Positions 37,359-49,461 of a DNA stretch of 64,000 nucleotides are shown piece after piece; the first letter of the stretch is position 1; each line of letters opens with the position of its first letter. The stretch comes from Okamejei kenojei (taxonomy: Eukaryota): contig CM069144.1 of the NCBI GenBank assembly GCA_035221665.1, positions 48,298,001 to 48,362,000 of the forward strand. Direction: 5' to 3'. A program made the translations under genes and the position numbers. The notes under the pieces were generated by a model. That model made no database searches, was not told where the DNA came from, and saw only the letters and a program-made list of their open reading frames with translations.

Positions 37359-40300
37359 GTCAGTACCTTAGAAGGATCGTTATTGCATGTTTATTTCATT
37401 TCCGATGTGCAGAAGTTAACAAAATAATAAAATAAATCTGTCGGTTTATTACCAGTGGGACTTCAATACAAACGCAGAGTGACGCTGTTTTTGTTATGTG
37501 TTTTGGAATTTAGCCTAATTTTCCCAGCATATATATAAATGACGCAGCTCTGAGAACTTCGTAATGTTGTGGGTAATAAATAATCGACATTGTTTTAGCT
37601 GTAACTGGTCTTATAGGTTCAAATTATGAAGCCGCGCAGGATCAATTTCTGTAAAAAAATGAAGACACTATTTTTTTATATTTCAGGCGCAGTTAAAAGG
37701 CTTATTTTTGCGAAAGCATCATCCTCAAGTATCTGTGAACGTTGTTTTGATATAAACTAGCTTTAAATGAGAACTTTTGCAGATTTTTTAAAAGAGAAAG
37801 TAATGAGTATATTTCCTGTTAATTTTGCGAGAATCTAGAAACATAAACTTGATCATTTTAATGTTTTAATGTTCAATATCATATTTTGCATCTGTTCGGA
37901 ACTTATGAGAGTTTTACCGTCTCCACTGATTATTATTTATAGAGCCAAACATGTTATAAGCCTCAAGAGTAAAGAAAGCAAGTGTTCAGGCCTAGTTTTT
38001 CGAAAAATGCCTTTTTGCAGAACCATTTGTGAAACTTGGGCCTGTGTCAAAAACATCTGCTAGTTTTAGTTAAGCCGCAAGTAAATTGCGTAGATCGAAG
38101 CTTACTGAAAGCTGTTTTTGAACTTCCCAGGACAAGCTATAAGTAATGAAACTGCACGTAAAAATTTCACACTCTCGGGAACAGCTTCTATTAATTGGTT
38201 TTAAGCAGCGGTTTGACGCGTCGCTGGCACGTTCCTCGCACTGAGCTCTGCTTACGCGCGGCCTTGCTGGGGTACAAAATATTAAAGGGTAACGTAGACC
38301 CCTCGAAATCTACCCTCCCTCCCCCCCCCCCCCCCGCTCACCTCCCACCTTCCCATACTCTCAAGCCCTCACACCCTCTGCTCCCCACCCCCACCCAATA
38401 CCGGCTATCTCCTTAGACGCTGCACATATTTCAGTTCCATTATCTATTCGGCGGGCAGCAAAACATGTTTTGTTGGCCGTGGTTAGTCCAAGTATAGTTG
38501 GCGAAGGGAAATATGGGGGAGGGCCAGGGAACGAAAGCGGAGGAGGGGGGGGGGGGGGGGGGGGGGGTGATAGGTGGGGGAGGCGAATGTTTGGAGTGGT
38601 GAAAGAGAGAAGGATTCTCCGTGAAATCAATGGACATAATTTAAACGAGGCAGTATGCTGCACTACAACTTCCATTCGCCCCGTAATCGTGAAATGTGGG
38701 TTAGCTTTCTATCGATCGAAGTCCACTTTCAGTGTATATCGGATCAAGAGGTGGTTTGTGACCATTTTTGTTTACATGAATTATCATGGGTGCATATTAA
38801 GAACAAAATAAATGTTTCCTCTATATATTGTAAACGAGTCAGCACAGATGGCGCTGTATAATACTGCTTATGGGAGCGGGGTGGGGGGGGGGGGGGGGGC
38901 GATAAAATGCATAGACCATATTTCAGAAATGTATCAGGTCATGGCGTTATTCCGTCCTATATTTTTAAATGGTGGAGTATGTTACACATGCAAATGTTTT
39001 CTGTGTTGCAGGCGCAGGGCAGGCGCGCTGCCTATGCGTATCTGACACTTGATAGCATTGTATTGTGCTTGCCTAAACAAACTTTCCCAGCATTTCATCG
39101 ACTTCAGCTCAGCAGTTTAGAGTGCTGAGCACTTAATTTACAAGAGCTTTTCATTCGACCCACCGTATATCTATTTATTTAAACTAATATAGCAACCAAT
39201 GAAAGGGCCGAATGTTTTGCAGCGCCGAATGCTCACACATTTCCATATTTCAGTTAAATAGCGTTCTCCATATGTTGCAATTAATCACTGTAATTATGAT
39301 AAATATTGCATTTCTCTTTCAGTTTCAAATTGAAAATACTAATGTTGCTAAATTCTTAAATAAAAAATAGCAAGTATAGTAATTCTATTAACAAAGTAAT
39401 TATCTTGTAAAATATTCATGTCGTTTGATTGGCTTCAGTCCTTTATAGGCAGGTTTTATTGAATTGAAATCCCGTCCCTTTTACATTATTTATTTCAACA
39501 AGCATGAAAAGATCGCCTCTGGGTAAACAAAGGCTTCAGTAGTTCTGTCACCTCACTTATAAAATATTACCACTTAAGGTTTAAACCTGGAATTAAACGT
39601 AGATATTAAAATAATTTATTAGAATGTGCAAACAGCTTGTGGAGTTTATCACCAGGTAGCCATCTTCCCTTAAGTTATCTGATGCAAAGTTGAGGAAGGC
39701 CATTGAGACTATTTTTAAAATATTTCAGCCAGGGTTAAGCTAGCTGGTGAAATGACAGTTAACAAGGATTGGTCGCAGTTAATCTTACATTACTCACTCT
39801 TTTATACACAGCATTAATAGTAAAGAAGGAGAAATGTGTAGCCAGGAGGAGTTTAGAGCTCCCGGGAATTGTCAGAGCAGACTTCATGCTCGTAGTGTCG
39901 GACGCTCCAGACACGGCACAATAACAGTGTTTATGCGTCTGGGCTTCCCCATGGGCCCACTAACTTACTACTAGCTTGTACTACACTAATATCGTTGATT
40001 GGCCGTCTCAACCTAGCAAGTGAAGGTCAAATTATTCTAACGGCTTTCTGAACGTTTGGCTAATTACGGTGCAATATTAAATCGACATTTTGAGAGTTCG
40101 GGGAAAAGAACTCAGTTGCAAAGCACGTAGCTTTTCACTGTAGCTGCTTATATTGACTGCTGATGTCGTTCATTGTGTTAAGCTTAGATTTAATGAAGTT
40201 ATTTTTAAAATTAAGTTAATTATCAATATGATTTTTTTTTGCTATTTTCCGGTTTTGGTCCGCCAGGAGTTTATTGCAAACCACAAGAGCGTGGCTGAAT

Positions 40301-40523
40301 GATGGATACCAGCTAGATAGAATAACGTATATTGTAATCTAAAATATAGTGGCCGCAACATAAAACTATAATTCCTCACGTGGTTATTTCATTATTTATT
40401 AAAACACGGGTTAGTGACTAATGTGTACTTTTAATAGTGGAAGATAATACCTTATCGTCAATAATGAAAAATATACCTTAACGTTTGTGACTCATCATGC
40501 TGCCCCTTGTGGTTTCCTTTTAG

Positions 40524-40960
40524 GTGAAAAACCCTTTAAATGCGAGTTTGAAGGCTGTGACAGACGTTTTGCTAACAGCAGCGACAGGAAAAAGCACTCT
40601 CATGTGCATACAAGTGACAAGCCCTATAACTGCAAAGTAAGAGGCTGTGATAAATCGTACACGCACCCCAGTTCCCTCCGTAAGCATATGAAGGTCCACT
40701 GCAAATCTCCTCCTCCAAGCTCGGGCTACGAATCCTCCACCCCTTCGCTGGTATCTCCGTCCTCGGACTCAGGTCGGGACCCCCCGGCTCCAGCCTCTCA
40801 GCTTGACCCCATCACATCATCCCACGCAGCTAACCTGAGCGAATGGTATGTGTGTCAGAGCACGGGAGCAAGTGGAATTCCAACTCCTCCAAGCAATTCA
40901 TCATCGCCTGGACCAGGAGAACATTCTTACAGGAACTCTGATCCCAGAACTATTATCTAA
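40524..40960 (+). CDS. zic4: Zic4 coding exon 2 (zinc fingers 4-5 and C-terminus)
   Basis: Acceptor TTTCCTTTTAG|GT. Encodes [70 protein letters not shown]...NLSEWYVCQ...RTII-TAA. KHSH and CKVRGC are Zic4/5 signatures, and there is no second intron. Spliced CDS is 1584 nt (527 aa). Confidence 0.96.
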
Positions 40961-41688
40961 CGCGGATCGTAAACTATCTGGACATACCTTCGCTATAAGA
41001 ACTCTTAACTAAATATGTGTTCATTAGATGTTTGCAATCCCAAACGTACTGCAACATTTAAGTTGAAATACATGAATTTCTGGAGGCCCAGCGCCTAGGT
41101 TTTAGGTAATGTGAACATTATGTAATGCACTGGCATGCACAAAATGATACGGACGTGTATTAAAGAGGAAGTATCCTGAATTAAATCTTACATTAATTGA
41201 AGTCAATGGTCAGGAATAGCGCACCTTCAACTACAAAACATTTCCGATCGCAAGAGCCCCCACCTTACCCCTCTCCCACACCATTACCTTGTATAATTAT
41301 TTTCCATAACATTTTGCATATAAGGCCAACTACTTTTGATTTTTTGGGGTTATTTTCCTATTTTTGGGAGAAAATAAACCATTATATCGTTTTGGAGAGG
41401 GAGTATATTACATAGCCATTTGAACGAAAGGGGAGCGTTAGAAGATGCACCTGATGTGAATAGTAACGTACAGAAGCCTTTATAGGCCGAAACAAGATGG
41501 ATACTGTCTGGTTAAAAGCCTTCCTTGGCTTTAACATTTCACAAAAAAGCTTCGTATTGGACATTTTGCAGAATAAGCTTGTAAATCATATAAATATTGG
41601 TATTGATATGCACCGTCCGTCTTTGTTAAGTAATTCGTTCATGATTTCCTGTTTTGTTTTTCTTGACATAATTTATTTAAAATGTTAC

Positions 41689-41694
41689 AATAAA
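41689..41694 (+). terminator. candidate zic4 proximal polyadenylation signal
   Basis: AATAAA ~730 nt after the stop, followed by T/GT-rich sequence. Alternatives at 41373 and 41891. Confidence 0.45.
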
Positions 41695-43592
41695 ACACAT
41701 TTTGTATAAGTGAACCAAAGTGTTTTATTACAGGGCAGTTAGATAGTGTAAATTTTTTTCTTAGATTATTTTAAATCATTAGCGTGTGTTCTGTAAATTA
41801 TAGTGATTTATAAATGGAGGTTTTGATTAGGTAGGATAATTTTCTTTCTGTATTTTGATCCTATTTTGGTATACATGAGTACTGGTTTGTAATAAATTGA
41901 TAATGATATGAATACGGTTTAAAGACATTTTAGCTATTTACATATTTGTTGTTAATATGTATAGTAAAGCATTGGTTCTGTCCTATCTGTGACATATATG
42001 ATTAACCACATTTAAAGAACAGCTCCAACTCGTTGACCTGGTCATTTTGTTTGTCAGGAGCAGCACATTTCTTAATACATCGTTTTACGCCACAAACACG
42101 TTATTCAAAGCGCATTTTCCGTCCGAAAATAAGTAACATCGGCGACGCACATTTTCCTATTTGTGGAACCCTAAATATAGTTGGTGAAGAAGTTGTATGG
42201 CCGAGGTATTGTTACGGTGAAATGCTACTGTTTAAGCAGAAGTCGTTGGAATGTGTACTGAAACCACTTTGTATTTTGCCAATGTACGAATGAACTGTGC
42301 AGAGTTTCTGAATGTATTGTCAAATAACTCACCAATAAATGCGTCTTGGAAAATTAATAAATTTTGTAAAATAAGATTAAAACTGACTGTTTGCTGCACT
42401 TGGGATTGGAAATCGAAATTCACGTAGATGCCAATTATACAAATGATTGCCGATAAACAGAAGGGTAGTAATAAACCAAAGACATACAGATGTATAAATT
42501 CTTCGTGATTATAGTATTGCTGAAAACATTTAATCAGCACAAGAAACCATTGATTAATCGCCACCATGCACAAATTAATTCCGTATCAGTTTAGTGCAAA
42601 AGTCCCCCTGTGACACATTTGATGAATCAAAATCTATATTTGACAAAAATTATAATCCTTCGGGAATCCAATAAACTACAAAATAAACTTTGTTACATAA
42701 ACCCAAACTGCGATTAGTAATTGAAATAAGGACCTTTGTTTTTCTCTCTCTATTCTTCAAACATGTACACACAAAGACCAGGAGTGTAAGGATTGTCATT
42801 AGCAGTTATAGCAGCCTGGCCGTTTTCTCTTCACGTTTTCTGGTGAGGGGCCTACCAAATGGGCATATAACGTGTTGCACAGTAAGGGGACGAGGTTGCT
42901 ATGCAAGATAAATAATATGGGGTTAATATATTCGTTTCTCCCTTAGAGAAAGCCTAATCTACTATATATTCCAGTAAAGTCCGGACAGCTGTGAAAAGAT
43001 ATTAATAATCCAATCATCTTTTCCTCAGTTTGCTCTGTTGCACCGCCAGTGTGTAAGGCTGTCTGACCTCTTTCGCAGCTTATTAAATAAGTTATTGTTC
43101 TTTTTCCTTAATTACGTTTTCTTGAGAGATCTAGCGCCGAAAACCATTGCACGACAGAAAAAAATCTATTCATGAAACGAAATTTGAAAGTGAAGAAGCG
43201 CATTGTCAAAAAGTCATTGGCGGTATTTATGTCTTAAAGTGTTCAAATTCACGTGAAAAACACGGTGAGCAGCCGAACCTATTTTTTGACTAGTAATAGA
43301 CTCAGAAGAAGGGGAGGGGGGGGGGGGGCGGGGGGAGTTCTACTATAGTCCATAAAAGATGAATAATTGTAGGGAGAGAAAGTGTCCACATATTTATTTT
43401 ATTGCACTTTGCGGGAAAAAAACGCGAAAAACGCAGAAAAACGCAACAAGAAACGGTTAAAACGAATTCAATCAACATTTGGTTAATTTTGCAAACTTTT
43501 GGAGCCGCAGAGGTTACAACATTCTATTCAGTTTTATAAATGGAATCATTAGGCTGGATAGTTGTTCACCTTTTTTTATTTACTTGTTGCAG

Positions 43593-43716
43593 ATGTCCAC
43601 TCAGTTGCTATAGGTAATCCAGGGAGCCTCAACTCAAAAGCCTGAATATCCTCGTGGAAACATCAAAGCAGAAAAATCTACAAAGAAGTATTTCTTCGCA
43701 ACGGTGAATCTTCATG
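43593..43716 (+). other. zic4: probable alternative downstream exon of zic4; it completes a TG|A stop codon and may extend further as 3' UTR
   Basis: Strong acceptor CTTTTTTTATTTACTTGTTGCAG|ATGTCCAC and an internal donor ATG|GTGAGT at 43717. It pairs with donor ATG|GTATGT at 40846. From memory it resembles the start of the mammalian ZIC4 last exon (not searched). Confidence 0.65.
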
Positions 43717-44106
43717 GTGAGTTAGGCTTTCTATGGCAATAGACAAGTCATACTTAAATACTGAAAGCCAAGTCTGGAGCTGGTCCAGTCTTCTCATTAA
43801 GGACGGAATGCTTACTTCTTTAAGAGCCATATGTAAGCAAGTTTTTGTGTGCATTTATATGAGTGTATACATATATTTGTTTTACGGCGTTACTATTTTA
43901 GAGACCAAAGAAAGCCTCGTGCGAAGCATGACTTATAACAAACATAAATGAAACATCAAGTGTAACCCCACAACCTCTAGCGAAGAGAAAGGGACGGCTT
44001 GAGATAGAGTGTCAATTAACTTTTTTTATTTCTTATTCCTATTTGATATAGTTACTCAGGGAGTAAGTTCAACTTTCTGTAAACTTTAAAAAAACATTTG
44101 GAGATT

Positions 44107-44143
<37 letters not shown>

Positions 44144-47100
44144 CCACCCAAAAGAACGAGAGAGAAAATAAAAGACACAAGGACTCTAATCAGACTCGGG
44201 CTGTTCAAAGAGCCGGGTTTTAGAATTCCAAAGTGTGAGTTTTATGGTACATCAACACCGCACACTAGGATCGCTATGGTAATGAACAGAGCAATAGCAA
44301 ACTGCCTTCAAAGGAGGCACATTCGATTCGAGACACTCTATTAAGATACATTTGCGTTGACCTTTGGTTTCATGCTAGGTTAGTACAGTCAATCTTCACT
44401 TCATCATAATCTTTAATATTTTGGGGTTGGGACGAATTCTCAGGCGGATTAGGCATGGTCTGAATCGAACTAGTTTGGCTCCTCCGAGAGGGAGCACAGC
44501 GGGTTCGATCTGGGCCCCGTGAGCAGATAAGTTGGGAATTCGTCTTTTAGTAATTGTCTTGTTGTTTATTTTATACAAGTACCCAGTGAATGGCGAAAAA
44601 TAAACACGGTGAAAAATAACCAAACAGTCGAGTCCTCTTTAGTGAAAACCCTTGTGGCTGTATAAAAAGGATGGTACATTCTCTATTCAGGGCAAAATTC
44701 TTTGAAGTGGGAGTTATTATCTAAGAGATTCTTCCTCGTCGTCTTAACGACGCTGATGAAACGGAAAGCGTTCTTTGTCAGCGATTTGTTCTCCTCTCTG
44801 TCAAGCGTTTTCTGTCCGTTAGTTCTGAACCGTTCCTAAAGAGATAAAAGATAGAAGGACGTGTACAGACCGGACAGTGTTGGAATTGTTGATACATTTT
44901 AGACTACAGGACAATTGTGCGCCGATGTAAGGATGCTATACCTGTTCAAATCTGTATTCAAAAATGCTAGTCCATTCTTGAAAGTTCAAATGTATTCAAC
45001 TGATAAAATAATTGCTCTGGAAAGATTGCTGTGGCTTAAAAGGTCACAATCTTTGAGTGAAGAGTAGGACATTTGCCAAAGATTTTTCTAAAATGTATAC
45101 ATTCATTACGTGAATGTTCTCTGCATTAATAACGACCAATTCATGTTCTGGTAGTGATGCAATATCAGTTCGGAGAAACATTAACTCTCGGTCTTTACAT
45201 TTCAAACTACTACCCGGTCGCCATTTTGTTCAATGCGATTTTCTACAGTATTCTAGTGAGGTTTAGTCGCAGTGATCTCTATTACTCAAAGACCATTTTA
45301 TATTCCCCCTCCTCGTTTCATTTAATTTGCCTCGTCCAAATTCTATTAGCAACATACCCTTGAACAGCATTGCCTTTGGGGTCTTGTATTTAGCTTTAAT
45401 CGAAGATGGGGCAAACTTCATTGAACAAAGTGTTCACCTAATAAGTAAATGTAAAACGTAAGCATAATAATATGGGCTGCATTGAATGTACAACAGAATT
45501 GCCTATTACATGATGACCTTTTATATTGCAATTGTTAAACGGTCATATTGCATCTAACATAAATAAAAACACGATAAATGTGGATTTCTCTTGTTGTGTA
45601 CTATCCCTGAGCGGATTTAGGGCCGAGTTCTCCTGACTAAGTAAATGCACTTTCCCCACTCTCTTCAATCGCTTGTAATGCCTACATCTTTTGTTTGCTG
45701 TTCACTTTTTGATTATGTAGGGGTTTTTTTCTGAGAACACGGAAAATGGGCACTATACAATAAGTCCTAAGCATTACATTGCGCCTGACACCACTAAAAA
45801 AGGAATCTGTTAAAAAGCATTCAACCTGAAACAGATTCTTTCAGCAGATTTTTTTCACCAAACCGTGTTTAACAATATAAGCTAGTTTTAATTAAACTAT
45901 TCATAGCTCTATCCTTGTCGCCTTCAAAACTGGCCACAATTCCGTCCTGTTAGTTTTTATGTTAAAGTCCACGCTAAGTTAGGCCCACGGAAACAATAGG
46001 TATTAACTTTTAATCAGGAATTCTTTCGGATGAGATTATTATAGCATCGTGTCACAAATCGATCGCTTTCAAATGTGAGTACATTGGCAATGAAATAAGT
46101 TAGCAGGCTATTCGGTTAGCAAATAGCTGCCTCCCAACATGTCAGGCAAGTTGCAATTTGTAGGGAAGCAATCTTTTAATTAATTTGTTACAATTATTTC
46201 AAAAATTCGCCCAGGATAATCGCGTCCCAAGTCCATGAAACACTTTCTTATTTTGCATGGACATTCAGGGACCTGTAATTTAGACCTGGATCACAGATAA
46301 ATGAATTATTGGAAATACATTTCGATGGAATTATTGGGAACTGCATTAAGTATATTATGTTTCTTAGTGCCATATCATAATGGATACAGAAAATCACCTC
46401 GAAGTGCTGCCGGAGTGCGAGATATTTGTTGTAATCGATAGCCACCCACCCTCATTGTAAACTGTTGTGTTCTGCAGTGATCACATTTTCTTTCAATTGT
46501 TGCTCAAACAGCGCATGCTTACAGCAAACCCCTTAGCGTGGATCTTAAATGACTCGGGGTCATATTTCCCCCTGGTAACTAACAGATAAAAAATAAGCAT
46601 CACATCATGTCATGTTATGTCTGTGTAAATTGTACATGTCAAAATGTTGCGGTTCGCTGTTAAAATATTGCAAGATTACATAATTTAACTTGAATTGTTT
46701 CTGAGGTATGTGGTATTACGTCGGATGAAGTGCTTCCTCGAATCAGTCACGCGATGGTGAAATAGATGGCAAATTACCAAAATGATGGCAAGGTTTCAGC
46801 CAAGTTAATTTGGTTAGAGCTGGATTTATTTCAGTCGAATATCTCTGTTTTGGTAAACAAAAATGGTTAAAACATGCATGTGTCAGTACGAGCTACAAGC
46901 AAACTGACTTTATTGGGAAGGGTTCCCCCCTTTTCTGCACAAACAATCCAGTTCGGCCTATTTCTCGCTCAAAACACAATATAGTCTAAAAGCATACGCA
47001 TGCGCTCTCATTTGCGCTATGGTTGATGGTGAAATGAGCAAGCATTTTTTCCGGTGACTTAACAATTTTTCTGTCGTTTCTAATTTAAGAACCTTTAAGA

Positions 47101-49347
47101 ACCAAGTGGATTTCTAAGTGATAGGAACAGCGAAAATCGAAATTCAATCCCACATTCACCCTATGTTCACATACTTGCTTCCTTCGATATTTGTCCAAAA
47201 TGGTGGTCACAAAAAGTGAAGAGGTGACAACACTTACTAATTAATCCACACGGTGAAAGGCTATAATGCTTGACTGAGGATATGCAGTTATTACACTTGA
47301 CTATAGTCAACAAGAGATGGAAAGGCACGTTAGACAACATGGTGAGAGACGTGTGGCCATCATTAGTGGTTCTTTTATTGACACTGGCTTTTCTTTCTCA
47401 TCGTTGACAAACCATTTTGGAGGGATTCATCCCCTGTTGCTTCCTATCATCTACCCAATCCAAGCTTCTCGAGAGCATTAATTAACGTCCATTCACTGAT
47501 AAGTCGTGACAACAAAGCAATGCATGTATAAGGACTAGTATCCAAAACAACAAGACGACCAGAATACAAAACAATGTAAAAATTAATCAAGTCAAACATT
47601 TGTGCCCCATATTTCTGTCGTGCAAGTAGTCATTTCGCTATTCAATTATCGATTTTGCACAGAAATCAAAAACACGATATCTTATTCCTTGTGATTTTTA
47701 TTAGACATGGAACTTGACGTCAGAATTTATAATCAAAACTGAATTTCAGCAACAGATCGACTAGAACACAATCACCGCAAATCTCTGATCCAATACACTT
47801 ATGAAAAGCATAATGTGTTACGAGAGAAGAGACAAACTCCATTCATAGACATTATACATATTACGTGAAAATTATATGTGATCGATTATGAATAAATGCA
47901 TAAATTTAATCACCCCCTCCCCCCACCACACCCGCACACCACCACCACCCCACCCAGCGCCCCGTTGCGTCTCTTAAGGCTTGTTGAAGATTTTAACCGC
48001 TTCTTGTGGTACAGTATTTAATCGGCAACTTGAATAATAATAAAAATAAGATGGAGTTCTAGATGTATAAACTAATAATATCCGGGTTTAAAGTAAAAAA
48101 AGTCCACTGTGATTTCGAATGAATTTTACTGGGAAAAGCTGACTTCAGTAAAATGCAAGTAACGTTAACAGTAGAATGGCATCGTCGGGAATGAGAAACC
48201 TATTTCACATTATTCAATTCTAGTCTAAAGACCCATCAGATTGCAAAGCGAATAAATTATTGGTTCAAAAAATCATGTTCAGTGCGCCTCAGCTGAACGC
48301 CGTTTGATCCTACACCATTCACCCTGCCATTTATATTTCTTTAATGTGTGACAAGGGAATATTCGCAACTTGGTTAAAAAAACACTCGCCACAACATTAT
48401 TTCAATAATGTTGCTTAATAACTCTTGGTTATGGTGAAACTAATCAGGAGCAGAAATAACGGAAGTTCGCTCCAAGAAACAATATTTGTCCGAAGCAATC
48501 ACCCCTGGTAGAGAATCTGACGTCTTCAACGTCACCCACATGACTTATTAAAATCATACAGCTTCGGTCAGCCTTTGAAGCTGTGGACCATATGTTGATT
48601 TATACAATTCAAAATAAACCGTAGTAACGTCAGATATTATGTGGTGAATATGGTGCCTAAACACTAGATGTAAAGGCATACAGGCGAATAAAGACAAAGC
48701 AAGGCACTGTTTAACCAACGAGTAAGGCTGAATTGAGTCACCGTAGAATCCAAGTGATAGTTAAAATCTATTTACTCTCCCACACAGGCAATAAACATTT
48801 CAAAATCCTTTGTCATTTTATTTTCCTGTCATTCCAAAAGCACAATTAACGCCTTTACTTCATGAACTATTTTAAACATTATTCATGTGACTTATTTATA
48901 TTATAAGCATAAAAAGAGGCATGTCTCAAAAATATTGAACAATCCAGTATTAGTCCTTCTTTGGAACAATTCCTAAGATATCACACTCACAATAAAACGC
49001 GCCTTAACTTTTATTAACCTTAAGTTTATAATCCTGACCTTGAAAACATTAATGATTACGTAGATACTCAAAACAAATATCAAAGCGGAAAAATATTCAT
49101 TCAGTAAAGAACGGTTTGTAGTGTTAACAAACAATTATAGCGATATTTCAGTGTTTGGCTTTTCAGATAAAGGATGGGTATTGTTCAACTAGACTGGTTC
49201 TATACGTTTGCTCGCCCAGATTTGGCATAATACTTATTATATTCGTGAATTTCGATTATTACGGTAATAAATATAAATAATTTTGCTGCTCTAGCAAGAC
49301 CAGACCCGACCTTATTTTTAAAATTCCATTGAAAAGGAACCGTAACC

Positions 49348-49461
49348 TTCTCGACCGAAACGTCACCTATTCCTTCTATCCAGAGATGCTGCCTGTCCCG
49401 CTGAGTTACTCCAGCTTTTCTATCTTCGGTTTAAATCAGCATCTGCACTTCCTTCTTACAC
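49348..49461 (+). mobile_element. Penelope-like terminal fragment
   Basis: tcgaccgaaacgtcacctattccttctatccagagatgctgcctgtcccgctgagttactccagc; same family as 4253 and 6857, truncated within the hammerhead core. Confidence 0.7.

Noticed and set aside
37359-37435. ORF read-through tails or heads at exon edges (also 22653-22672, 20822-20908 and 40487-40523)
   Set aside because: These are intronic sequence beyond canonical GT/AG sites; the spliced frames restore the complete five-finger domain.
45795-45856. Short inverted repeat AAGGAATCTGTT / AACAGATTCTTT
   Set aside because: About 12 bp and AT-rich, within chance expectation for 64 kb, with no miRNA-like stem.
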